DNA of 64,000 nucleotides from an uncultured Candidatus Saccharibacteria bacterium (GTDB lineage Bacteria; Patescibacteriota; Doudnabacteria; UBA920). The stretch covers positions 2,439 to 66,438 of the forward strand of contig CAZKVS010000004.1 of NCBI GenBank assembly GCA_964556325.1, in the 5' to 3' direction. Both the position numbers and the translations under genes were made by a program. Of this stretch, positions 19,871-28,214 are shown piece by piece (within the stretch, counting starts at the first letter, position 1; each line of letters opens with the position of its first letter). The notes under the pieces are model-generated. The model was not told the origin of the DNA, did not search any database, and was given only the letters and a program-made list of their open reading frames with translations.

Positions 19871-20500
19871 TCAACGGTTATAAAAAGTCCTTCTGTGCAC
19901 CGGACTAAGACCCAACCGTTTGATTTGAGCAAAGTGAAATTTCGTTCCATACCCCTTGTGTTGCGCGAATCCATAGCCAGAAAATTTTTCATCGAGTCGT
20001 GTCATCAACTCATCACGGTAGACCTTCGCAAGTATGGAAGCCGCGGCGATACAAAACACCGAGCCGTCTCCCCGAATGACTGACTCTTGCGTACCAAGGT
20101 AATGCGGTAATAAAAAATTTCCATCAATCAACAAAAAAGTTTTTTCTGAGCCAACTCCAAGTTGCATGTGAATCTTCTGCGCGGCTAACTCAGCAGCACG
20201 CTTTGTTGCTTGTAAAATATTTATCTTATCAATCACCGAGGCATGGACTACTCCCACACTCCAAGCTACCGCTGACTGTTTAATATGGAACGCGAGCTCA
20301 GTTCGAATACGAGCGGACAGTTGCTTGCTGTCATTGACGAGCGTGCTCCATGTAGGCCGATGCCGAAAAAAATTCTCATCAAAGGCCGCCACCCCTGCAA
20401 CTACAGGACCCGCTAAACTACCACGTCCAACTTCATCGCACCCCAACACATATATAATGGGGTCTTTTAAAATTTGCTTTTCACGTTTCGTGGACAACAT
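19871..20500 (-). CDS. rnhB: Ribonuclease HII
   Basis: VLGCDEVGRGSLAGPVVAGVAAFD N-terminal catalytic motif. Confidence 0.9.
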   Translation of the reverse strand: MLSTKREKQILKDPIIYVLGCDEVGRGSLAGPVVAGVAAFDENFFRHRPTWSTLVNDSKQLSARIRTELAFHIKQSAVAWSVGVVHASVIDKINILQATKRAAELAAQKIHMQLGVGSEKTFLLIDGNFLLPHYLGTQESVIRGDGSVFCIAAASILAKVYRDELMTRLDEKFSGYGFAQHKGYGTKFHFAQIKRLGLSPVHRRTFYNR

Positions 20501-20507
20501 GCAAAAT

Positions 20508-20912
20508 TTACTTCACGGTTACACGCATACGCGGGTAACAGGTTATCCCTAGAATCAAAAAATGCGTTGAACTCACTTGCGTGATATGCATCTCAAATTG
20601 TCCCTCAAAAATCATCAAACCGTCCTGGAAAGTTTCAAGCTCACCCTTCATACGATACACCCCATCCTCCACCTCAACTTCCAGTTCATTAAACGCAACC
20701 CGTTTCATGGGGTGTAACAAATAGGTGATGAGCGTCTGCTTACTCAATTCATCCTCTGCCAAATCTACTACTGTTAGACTGTCGTCCAAGCTACTTTGCC
20801 AGAAATCTAGGTTTCCCGTATTTATCGCTTCTGCAAAACTCTCAAACCATCGCCGCAAACTAAACCTGGGTTCGGTTGCCACATCTCTATCAAAATACAT
20901 AGTCAGTTCCAT
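20508..20912 (-). CDS. Hypothetical protein
   Basis: 134 aa ORF, 8-nt spacing to rnhB, coding-like composition. Confidence 0.45.
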   Translation of the reverse strand: MELTMYFDRDVATEPRFSLRRWFESFAEAINTGNLDFWQSSLDDSLTVVDLAEDELSKQTLITYLLHPMKRVAFNELEVEVEDGVYRMKGELETFQDGLMIFEGQFEMHITQVSSTHFLILGITCYPRMRVTVK

Positions 20913-21016
20913 GCACCTATTTTATATGAAACAAGACAAAAAAAATAGAAGCAGGTGACGAACCTGCTTCTATATAGAAGACTTACCGAGAAACACGGAC
21001 ATTCAATGCATTCAGC

Positions 21017-21883
21017 TCACACAATGATGATTGCATGATAGAGCGGATTGAGCCTTTGATCTGCTCCAAGTAAGCGAAAGGTAGCCTTGCGCCCCGTGAA
21101 GCGTTCTGCAAGTTCAACCCACTTGGCTACAGATTTAAAGTTGAGCGGAACATTCACACGGTCCGTACCCAATGCCGTGAAGACGTTATTATAAAACCAG
21201 TCCACTACGGTTGTCACGTGGCGGTGCAGCTCATGCTCCGTCCCAACCCCTGTCACTGACTCAAGAATGACTACGCGCCGCTTGGCCACGCGACAACACT
21301 CTTCGAGCAACAACTCGGGGTTATCGCTATGGTGTAGCACCGTACACAATGTCACCACATCGTAGGCATGCCGCGCAGCATGAAGATAATCGTTCTCCAC
21401 GAACAAGAATGGGAGCTGTCTAGCCACGGTATCCGTCCGCCAATCTATCGAGTCTGCCAAACCAACTTGGTAACCAGACTCGACCAGCACTCGACCGAAA
21501 TCACCACTACCACAACCCACGTCCACAACAGAACAACCAGGGTGCAAGTAAGGTTTTAATTGTTTGAACATTAATCTGCAACGTTCGTCCAAGCGCTGTG
21601 GCCAATGCTCGTAGACCCCTAAGCCGCGTAGCTTTGCAATGAGCCCTCGCTCCCAACTTAATAAGTCAATCACGCGCACCTCACACAGCTCGGTACTAAA
21701 AAAATGATCAGCCTGGCCGTACGGAACATGCAAAGCTCCGAGCATTCCAACAATGAGATGTCTCAAACAGTTAACGGCATCAAAGTCGTTTAGGGCGACC
21801 TCTAAGGCTAACCGCAATCTCTCAATCTTTTCTGCCGACATAATTCCTCCTTGCCAAAACAGTGGTATACAACCGTTATACAA
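21017..21883 (-). CDS. Class I SAM-dependent methyltransferase
   Basis: VVDVGCGSGDFGRVL motif I followed by acidic motif II. Confidence 0.7.
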   Translation of the reverse strand: MYNGCIPLFWQGGIMSAEKIERLRLALEVALNDFDAVNCLRHLIVGMLGALHVPYGQADHFFSTELCEVRVIDLLSWERGLIAKLRGLGVYEHWPQRLDERCRLMFKQLKPYLHPGCSVVDVGCGSGDFGRVLVESGYQVGLADSIDWRTDTVARQLPFLFVENDYLHAARHAYDVVTLCTVLHHSDNPELLLEECCRVAKRRVVILESVTGVGTEHELHRHVTTVVDWFYNNVFTALGTDRVNVPLNFKSVAKWVELAERFTGRKATFRLLGADQRLNPLYHAIIIV

Positions 21884-22011
21884 TAAGTCATCACATTTTT
21901 ATGACATACCATACAACAAAGCATCATACCATGTTCAATATATATTGTCAATACATATTGATGACAGATACAGATTTAAGCTCCAAAAAGCTACCGTGGT
22001 ATACTAATTTT

Positions 22012-22779
22012 ATGAATCTGCAGGAGAACTTAACTGATTTGGGTCTATCTAAAAACGAAGCGCAAGTATACCTTGCGCTTCTAGGGCTTGGACTCACCCA
22101 AGCTGGACCTATTATAAAAAGAGTAAAGTTGCACCGCATGTTGGTGTACAACGCCCTACAGTCTTTAATAGATAAAGGGTTGGCATCAGAAGTTAAAAAA
22201 AAGAACGTTAAGCTATTTCAACCAGGCGATCCCTCGGTCTTACTCGAACGGACTGAGCAGCTCCGCAATGTGGCCAAGAGCGTTTTGCCAGACTTAAAAA
22301 AACTCCAACAAAGTAAATCGAACGTAGTAAACGTCCGCACATTAATCGGCCACGAAGGCTTGGTTACTAATTTAGAACAAATTATAGAATCGGCGACTCG
22401 TCAAAAAGACCGGACTATGCGCATTATGGGGGGCGCACGAGACACAGACGCATATGAGGCATTTGGAACATGGTACCCTGAGTATGTACATTTACTCCAA
22501 GAGAAAGACGTTAAAAAAATAATGCTTTCCCCCGAACCATACTCTAGCACTTTCCGTAAACGGTACTTATCCGAGGGAAACACGGAAATGAAAACCCTAA
22601 AACAAGGACTTTCCTCCCCCACTTACACCCGCATAACCGAAGAGATGGTGTCAATAGAAATGTATCAGCCACAAATAGTCACTATCCAAATACTTAATAA
22701 GGTAATAGCTAGATCCTATCTCGATGCATTTGATTTGCTCTGGAAATCTGCCGGACCAAGTGAAAAAGGAACAAATTAA
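22012..22779 (+). CDS. TrmB-family transcriptional regulator
   Basis: N-terminal wHTH LGLSKNEAQVYLALLGLGLTQAGPIIKRVKLHRMLVYNALQSLIDKGL; start chosen at Met 22012, since the upstream part of the long ORF overlaps the divergent MTase. Confidence 0.65.
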   Translation: MNLQENLTDLGLSKNEAQVYLALLGLGLTQAGPIIKRVKLHRMLVYNALQSLIDKGLASEVKKKNVKLFQPGDPSVLLERTEQLRNVAKSVLPDLKKLQQSKSNVVNVRTLIGHEGLVTNLEQIIESATRQKDRTMRIMGGARDTDAYEAFGTWYPEYVHLLQEKDVKKIMLSPEPYSSTFRKRYLSEGNTEMKTLKQGLSSPTYTRITEEMVSIEMYQPQIVTIQILNKVIARSYLDAFDLLWKSAGPSEKGTN

Positions 22780-22802
22780 AAATCCCCACAGGGGATTTTT
22801 AA
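22778..22802. terminator. Bidirectional terminator aaaatccccacaggggatttt (TrmB gene / tRNA-Pro)
   Basis: 7-bp stem flanked by A and T tracts. Confidence 0.6.
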
Positions 22803-22804
22803 TT

Positions 22805-22878
22805 TGGTCGGGACGCCGGGAATTGAACCCGGTCTACACGAACCCGAATCGTGCGTACGACCGGCATACTCCGTCCCG
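22805..22878 (-). tRNA. tRNA-Pro(CGG), CCA encoded
   Basis: Manual fold: acceptor CGGGACG/CGTCCCG, anticodon stem CACGA/TCGTG, loop UUCGGGU (G37), T-arm CCGGG-TTCAATT-CCCGG. Confidence 0.8.
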
Positions 22879-22980
22879 ATAATTCAGAACTCGTCTATTG
22901 TAGCAAAGTTAATAATACATCCGCTAGGGCCATATTTATAACACCTCGGATAATTACCACCATTGAGAGTTCCAACATGC

Positions 22981-23033
22981 AAAGCGCCACAGGGGCGTTT
23001 TTATATTGGTGGACCTCAGGGGATTTGGTCATC
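22981..23033 (-). repeat. Direct-repeat copy of [terminator hairpin + 19-nt tRNA-Ala(GGC) 3' end (aatcccctgaggtccacca)]
   Basis: About 43-nt near-identical to 23177-23222, which is the real tRNA 3' end plus its terminator. Confidence 0.7.
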
Positions 23034-23039
23034 CACGGC

Positions 23040-23165
23040 TATTCTCGTATTCCTTCGGTCGATTCGAATGACGCCTAACGCCACCCCGCCACTATTTCAT
23101 CCTGCAAGTATTCGGATGAAATTCCCGTGGTACGGGACCGTTCTTTTCGAATCCCCTTCCGTTTC
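23040..23165 (-). repeat. tRNA-linked structured repeat element, copy 1 (minus orientation), between tRNA-Ala(GGC)+terminator and a duplicated tRNA-Ala 3' fragment
   Basis: Shares GAATCGAAAAGAACGGTCCCGTACCACGGGAATTTCATCCGAAYACTTGCAGGATGAAATAGTGGCGGGGT core with copies at 26140-26300 and 32563-32723. Confidence 0.7.
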
Positions 23166-23203
23166 TCTTCCAACATAAAAACGCCACAGGGGCGTTTTTA
23201 TGT

Positions 23204-23279
23204 TGGTGGACCTCAGGGGATTCGAACCCCTCACCTCTTCCATGCCATGGAAGCGCTCTACCAAATGAGCTAGAGGCCC
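23204..23279 (-). tRNA. tRNA-Ala(GGC) with G3:U70, CCA encoded
   Basis: GGGCCTCTAGCTCATTTGGTAGAGCGCTTCCATGGCATGGAAG..GGGGTTCGAATCCCCTGAGGTCCACCA; 76 nt. Confidence 0.9.
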
Positions 23280-23324
23280 AATTGCCGCATTATTGTAATG
23301 GAAAACCACTTATGCAGTCAATGC

Positions 23325-23606
23325 TTATTTGGCCGGATTTTGTGTTTTAAGTACCTGAGTCTTTTGCTGCTGAGTTTGTTGCAGCAGCTGACGCCAGCTG
23401 TCTGCTTCTCTTTGAAATGCCGGAATAATACCAATTATATTCAATAACCACCCGACCAACACTACGGCGATGGCTACGCCAACTACAGAACCCAAGCCAC
23501 TCATTGCGCCGTGTAATAAAGACCTCCACCAAGGAAGACCCTGTCCGACCTTTATTACATTACCATTCAAAGTCTCGAGATATTGTTTTAATTCTGGATC
23601 TAACAT
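23325..23606 (-). CDS. Small membrane protein (hypothetical)
   Basis: 93 aa; one strong TM (VVGVAIAVVLVGWLLNIIGIIPA). Confidence 0.4.
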   Translation of the reverse strand: MLDPELKQYLETLNGNVIKVGQGLPWWRSLLHGAMSGLGSVVGVAIAVVLVGWLLNIIGIIPAFQREADSWRQLLQQTQQQKTQVLKTQNPAK

Positions 23607-23737
23607 TTTTATTTCTTTAGAACTTAGTATTAATATAGTAGCAAATTTATTTCTTTAAAAATGTTAAGCTATGTTTATAAGTACAGCCTGCTTTTTTCTG
23701 CCCTTGCTGGTTGCTATTTCACCCGCACCTTTGGTCT

Positions 23738-23815
23738 CCTCACCAGGAATCGAACCTGGATCTAGACGTTAGTCCCGACTCGGAGTCGGGGTCGTTCCCC
23801 GCCCGCCTGACTCGT
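23738..23815 (-). other. tRNA-like 3' fragment (T-arm CCAGG-TTCGATT-CCTGG + acceptor TGAGGAG + A + CCA) preceded by hairpins; no matching 5' half
   Basis: The 85-nt region immediately downstream of tRNA-Arg cannot form an acceptor stem; contains inverted copy of the galU terminator core. Confidence 0.4.
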
Positions 23816-23816
23816 C

Positions 23817-23891
23817 TGGTGACCTCGATAGGAATCGAACCTATATCGGCGCGTTAGGAGTGCGCTGCTCTATCCATTGAGCTACAAGGCC
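23817..23891 (-). tRNA. tRNA-Arg(CCT), CCA encoded
   Basis: Acceptor GGCCTTG/CGAGGTC, D-arm GCTC-AATGGATA-GAGC, anticodon loop CUCCUAA, T-arm ATAGG-TTCGATT-CCTAT; one A·C mismatch at base of anticodon stem. Confidence 0.6.
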
Positions 23892-23951
23892 GTCAGGCGA
23901 GTTAGGCGAGTATCAATTTTATCCAAGGGAATCTGCAAAATCCTGTAGCAA

Positions 23952-25373
23952 TTGTATCATACCTGTATGGAAAGGTTTAAAAAAACCGTCTCACAACTAT
24001 ATCCCTGGCTTCTCAAGCCTGAAACTATCAAAAAAGCAACCACTGCCTTTATTTTTTGTTTTATTTTTTGTACGGCGGTGTCGATATATTTCAATATACG
24101 AACCCCACTAAACCAGAACTTCGCCTATTTTCTTGGTGAGAAAAAAGATTTTAGCATAAACTTTCTTTATTTAAGCGATATATTTAGTATTCTTGCTCTA
24201 TCCATCTTGTGTTTACACGTGCACAAATTCAATAAAGAGCCAAACATATATTTACCCAGCTTTTTCCCCACTCTGATTATTATTCTTTCAGTCTTCTCAT
24301 ATTTCTCAAATTTTATAAAGTTAACAATTCCTACCATATCTATATTTTACTTGCTATATATAGCTAAAGGTATTGTTTTACATGAAACGGTAAAACAAAG
24401 CGGAACCAGTATAAAAAACTTTATTCTGCGAGTAATCTGGATATTTGGCTTATTTGAAGCATTTGTATCAATTATTCAATTTTCTTTCCAGTCACCGCTC
24501 GGCATGAGGTTGTTAGGAGAACCAACTTTTGGCCCATATCTGTGGCAAATAGCTAAAGTTGAGGCTCTGGGACAAATATTTGCCCGCCCGTATGGCACAT
24601 TTTCTCACCCCAACATCTTGTCCGCTTTCTTGGTGCTTACTTTGATAATAGGTTTCTACTATTATTACTCCCAAGCTGCTCAAACAAAAAAAGCCTGGGC
24701 TCATCTAATCTTAGTTCAAATAACGGTTATTGGCTTATTTCTAAGCTTTTCTCGAGCGGCGTGGCTAGCGGCAGCTCTTGCCACAGGCTTTTTTCATGTT
24801 TTCACATGGAACATATTAAAATCGCAAAAGCGAGTTCAGCTTTTTCGGATTTTCATTGTAAGCGCCGCCTTGGGTTGTATACTATTGGCAATATACCAGC
24901 CTTTTGTAGGACAACGAGGAAATGTTTTCGATAAGGCCTACCAGGAGAGAATAAGCTATAACCGGGCTGCAGTATCAATGATTAGCAAAAATCCCATATT
25001 TGGTCTTGGCCCAGGCGAATCCGTGCTTCACATGGAACAGTTTTTAACACCAAACTCAAAACCGTGGGAGGTACAGCCAATACACAATTACTATTTACTA
25101 TTGGCTGCAGAAATTGGGTTGCCGGCAGCTTTGTTGTTCTCGCTCTACCTTGGCTTCACCCTTAAACGGCTAGTTTTTCATCAAGGCAAGCTTACAGATA
25201 AAAACACGCTTACACATGCTCTGCTTTTATCTGGCTTGGCCGGATGCGCCATTCTTATGTTTTTTGATCATTATTTCTATACAATCCAAGCCTCAACGCT
25301 CTTATTTTGGATTTGGTTAGGCTTATCTGCCTCAACAACAGAATACCCAGCTAATAAAACAAGGACTACCTAG
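23952..25373 (+). CDS. O-antigen ligase/polymerase (Wzy_C)-family membrane protein
   Basis: 473 aa, about 12 TM, FSRAAWLAAALA loop motif typical of the O-antigen ligase family. Confidence 0.65.
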   Translation: MYHTCMERFKKTVSQLYPWLLKPETIKKATTAFIFCFIFCTAVSIYFNIRTPLNQNFAYFLGEKKDFSINFLYLSDIFSILALSILCLHVHKFNKEPNIYLPSFFPTLIIILSVFSYFSNFIKLTIPTISIFYLLYIAKGIVLHETVKQSGTSIKNFILRVIWIFGLFEAFVSIIQFSFQSPLGMRLLGEPTFGPYLWQIAKVEALGQIFARPYGTFSHPNILSAFLVLTLIIGFYYYYSQAAQTKKAWAHLILVQITVIGLFLSFSRAAWLAAALATGFFHVFTWNILKSQKRVQLFRIFIVSAALGCILLAIYQPFVGQRGNVFDKAYQERISYNRAAVSMISKNPIFGLGPGESVLHMEQFLTPNSKPWEVQPIHNYYLLLAAEIGLPAALLFSLYLGFTLKRLVFHQGKLTDKNTLTHALLLSGLAGCAILMFFDHYFYTIQASTLLFWIWLGLSASTTEYPANKTRTT

Positions 25374-25843
25374 TCCTTGTGATACTCTTTGCCTTCCATA
25401 ATTGTACAGGCACGATATATTTGTTCTTCTAGTAGCACCCTCGCGAAATTGTGCGTAAAAGTGAGGGGGCTCAATGAAACAAGATGATTCGCAGCCTGTC
25501 TGAGGCTTTTATCAATCCCAGCCCCGCTGCCAATAACGCATACAATTTCTCTGTTTATAGAGATGAGCCTACTTAGGAATTGAGAAAAATCAACTGAGCC
25601 TCTTGTAACACCCTTCTCGTCTAGGACAATAATAATTGCATCCTTGGGTATGCGCCTCAAAACCGTTTCCGCTTCTTCTGCCCGCGCCCGCTCTATGTCT
25701 CCAGTTGTTTTATATGAAACTTCTTTTAGCTCTTCTATGGTTATTTTGGCGTAGAGGCGAAGTCTTTTTAAATACTCTTTTTCTAAATCAATAAAAGCTT
25801 TCTCTTTAAACTTTCCCAGACAAATAATTTTTAGCTTAAACAT
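25370..25843 (-). CDS. rlmH: 23S rRNA (pseudouridine1915-N3)-methyltransferase RlmH (SPOUT)
   Basis: 157 aa; MFKLKIICLGKFKEK..YLKRL N-terminus and C-terminal knot GSGAGIDKS typical of RlmH/YbeA. Confidence 0.8.
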   Translation of the reverse strand: MFKLKIICLGKFKEKAFIDLEKEYLKRLRLYAKITIEELKEVSYKTTGDIERARAEEAETVLRRIPKDAIIIVLDEKGVTRGSVDFSQFLSRLISINREIVCVIGSGAGIDKSLRQAANHLVSLSPLTFTHNFARVLLEEQIYRACTIMEGKEYHKD

Positions 25844-26026
25844 ATGTAAATTGTATATTTAGTTTATTTTCTCCTCCTTTAGTATAGTTGGTCGTTTCAC
25901 ATAAAACAAAAAGTTGTGGGGTTTACTAAAACAGACCATGTCCGTTACAATATTAACGTACTTACTCCTAAAATAATCGTCAATACGACTGGCTTGCCCT
26001 ACGAATCCGCCAGCTGGCGAGTAATA

Positions 26027-26100
26027 GGGCCCGTAGTAAAGTGGTATTACACGGCATTCGCATTGCTGAGGCGGGGGTTCGATTCCCCCCGGGTCCACCA
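26027..26100 (+). tRNA. tRNA-Ala(CGC) with G3:U70, CCA encoded
   Basis: Acceptor GGGCCCG/CGGGTCC, D-arm GTAA-AGTGGTA-TTAC, anticodon stem CGGCA/TGCTG, loop UUCGCAU, T-arm GGGGG-TTCGATT-CCCCC. Confidence 0.85.
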
Positions 26101-26135
26101 ACAAAAATTCTCACTGCTTAGTGAGAATTTTTGTT
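26101..26135 (+). terminator. Terminator hairpin acaaaaattctcac-tgctta-gtgagaatttttgt
   Basis: 14-bp perfect palindrome after tRNA-Ala(CGC). Confidence 0.65.
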
Positions 26136-26139
26136 GGTC

Positions 26140-26300
26140 GGATAAAAGCGGGGGGAATCGAAAAGAACGGTCCCGTACCACGGGAATTTCATCCGAACAC
26201 TTGCAGGATGAAATAGTGGCGGGGTCGCGTTAGGTGAGGCTTGATGCGACTGCAAGGAGTAGAAAGTCCACCGTGGGTGACCGATTCTTTAAATTGAAAT
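26140..26300 (+). repeat. tRNA-linked structured repeat element, copy 2 (full length)
   Basis: ...GAATCGAAAAGAACGGTCCCGTACCACGGGAATTTCATCCGAACACTTGCAGGATGAAATAGTGGCGGGGTCGCGTTAGGTGAGGCTTGATGCGACTGCAAGGAGTAGAAAGTCCACCGTGGGTGACCGATTC; followed by tccaccaa (tRNA 3'-end-like) and a second terminator at 26309-26343. Confidence 0.7.
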
Positions 26301-26358
26301 CCACCAAATTAAAAACATCTCACCAATCAGTGAGATGTTTTTAATACTGCAGAATATC

Positions 26359-26583
26359 CTACCAATGAAACAGTCGAGCAAACATACGTTCTAAGTAATG
26401 CTGTTGTTCGTTAGTATAATAGACAGCTAACAAGCCAACTAAATACACTACATTCAAAATAATTACTCGTATGAGGTCTTTGCTTATTACGTTATATTCC
26501 GAATCCCATGCGGGATTTGAGGATAAGGCTGTGCTGGAGACGTTTGCTTTACGATTTTTCTTAGACATAAGTATTCCTTTCAA
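26359..26583 (-). CDS. Small membrane protein (hypothetical)
   Basis: 74 aa, one TM (IILNVVYLVGLLAVYY). Confidence 0.35.
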   Translation of the reverse strand: MKGILMSKKNRKANVSSTALSSNPAWDSEYNVISKDLIRVIILNVVYLVGLLAVYYTNEQQHYLERMFARLFHW

Positions 26584-26706
26584 CCACTAATACCATATCA
26601 AATCGCCCATTTGAACGCAAGGCCACAAAATGATACAATAGCGCCACAAGGGCAAAAGAAATAACTATACATTGAATGCCATTTTTGGCTTAAGAAAGCG
26701 GAAATT

Positions 26707-27096
26707 ATGGAAAAAATAAATGATTCAGATGCAGCAAATGCCGAAACCGTTGTTGGTCCCTCAGTTAAAATCCAGGGGGATTTAAATTCCGAAGGCAACA
26801 TCCGCATCGAAGGCCAAGTAAACGGTAAAGTAAAAACTACCCAAAACGTACATGTTGGCAAATCCGCAAAAATTACGGCGGACATCCTCGCCGGAAATTC
26901 AACCATTGCAGGAGAAGTGTTGGGCAACATTAAAGTATCTGGAAGTCTTATTTTACAATCAACCGCAAAGGTCACGGGCGATATCTCGTGTGGGGTACTT
27001 CGAGTGGAGGATGGGGCTCTATTTACAGGTAAATGCAGCATGGGCACTACAACCGACAAGGCTAAACACACACCAGAACCTGAACCAGAAAACTAA
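26707..27096 (+). CDS. Bactofilin
   Basis: Repetitive beta-helical DUF583 pattern (GKVKTTQNVHVGKSAKITADILAGNSTIAGEVLGNIKVSGSLILQSTAKVTGDIS). Confidence 0.8.
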   Translation: MEKINDSDAANAETVVGPSVKIQGDLNSEGNIRIEGQVNGKVKTTQNVHVGKSAKITADILAGNSTIAGEVLGNIKVSGSLILQSTAKVTGDISCGVLRVEDGALFTGKCSMGTTTDKAKHTPEPEPEN

Positions 27097-27194
27097 ACGA
27101 AGCCAATTCCTAATTTCTAATTCCTAATTTCTAATTGATATCCAGTGGTGGACTGTCATTAGATATTAAAAATTAGTCATTAGGAATTTTCCTT

Positions 27195-28040
27195 ATGTAC
27201 TACTACATCCTTGATCCAGGGAAAATGTCACTGCCAAAATTTGAACAAGTGCAAGTGGAGCTTCAAGGACTCTTGCATGAATTTAATATATCTGGAGAAT
27301 TTGCGCGCATTACCACCCTACGAACTATTGCCGACTTAGTAGATGTAGCTGCAACCCGTGGTGCGACCACTGTTGTGGTTTGCGGCAATGACGATACATT
27401 AAATCAAGTACTTGCAGCTGTAGGCCAAAGAGATTTTTTGGTGGGCTTTATTCCGCTTGACCCAGCCAATTCTTACTTAGCAACAATTTTAGGGCTTCCT
27501 GATTTAATTACATCGGTAAAGACAGTTGCGGCAAGAAGAATAGTTACGATTGATACTGCCACTATTAATCAATTATCTTTTATCAGCTTTGTAGAGTTTG
27601 GGGTCACAAGCAACAACTTTAGCCAAGTAGGACCGTGGAAAACTTTTCGCCTGCTTTCAAAATCCCCCACGAAGTGGACATTGAAGATTGACAACTCGTA
27701 CACGCTGAGCATCCAGGGCTTAGGTGGGCTGGTTATAAACAGCCGAAGCACCTCCTCAAAGCAAGAAAAGCTTGCCAATCCGACCGATGGTTTTTTGGAT
27801 GTACTGGTCATGGAAGAAATTAGCAAAGTAGATATATTTAAATACAAAGAACTCATTGCCCAAGGGCGACTCGAAGAGCTGCCGAATCCAACAATAATAA
27901 AATGTAAAACTGTTGAGCTTGTAGAACCGCGGGGTTCCACAGTGACTATGTTTGGCAGACCCGTAGCAAAATTTCCGGCAATCATATCCATGACTGGCAA
28001 AAAACAACGAATGATAGTAGGAAAACAAAGAACCTTTTAA
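27195..28040 (+). CDS. Diacylglycerol-kinase catalytic-domain (YegS/DgkB-like) lipid kinase
   Basis: DAGK_cat-like N-terminus: VVVCGNDDTLNQVL (GGDGT-box variant), GFIPLDPAN. Confidence 0.65.
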   Translation: MYYYILDPGKMSLPKFEQVQVELQGLLHEFNISGEFARITTLRTIADLVDVAATRGATTVVVCGNDDTLNQVLAAVGQRDFLVGFIPLDPANSYLATILGLPDLITSVKTVAARRIVTIDTATINQLSFISFVEFGVTSNNFSQVGPWKTFRLLSKSPTKWTLKIDNSYTLSIQGLGGLVINSRSTSSKQEKLANPTDGFLDVLVMEEISKVDIFKYKELIAQGRLEELPNPTIIKCKTVELVEPRGSTVTMFGRPVAKFPAIISMTGKKQRMIVGKQRTF

Positions 28041-28145
28041 AGGCAGAAGTTAGAATTATGAATTATGAATCCTCAACTCCTTCCTACGGAAGGAGTTGAG
28101 TCATTTAATTCTGCATTCTACATTCTGACTTCTGCATTCTCGTGG
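28041..28145. repeat. AT-rich palindromic intergenic element (gcagaagtYagaat ... attctgacttctgc arms around cctcaactccttcc-tacg-gaaggagttgagtc hairpin)
   Basis: Inverted arms plus central perfect hairpin immediately after DAGK-like stop; shares the 14-nt word attctgcattctac with 30143-30228. Confidence 0.6.
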
Positions 28146-28214
28146 GGTTGCCAAGCAAAGGATAAATCAGTACAATGAGATGTATATCTATTAGAAATTT
28201 GGCCCTATTTTCAC

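Noticed and set aside
19473-19908. ORFs 19473..19742(-), 19546..19908(+), 19590..19883(+)
   Set aside because: Overlap tRNA-Ser and its downstream GC-rich hairpin cluster; no independent support.
23738-23815. Possible 85-nt type-II tRNA directly after tRNA-Arg
   Set aside because: A 5' strand able to pair with the acceptor 3' strand TGAGGAG is absent (5' end would be GACGAGT); kept only as a tRNA-like fragment.
25859-26104. 81-aa minus-strand ORF
   Set aside because: Overlaps tRNA-Ala(CGC) and its leader; no coding signal.
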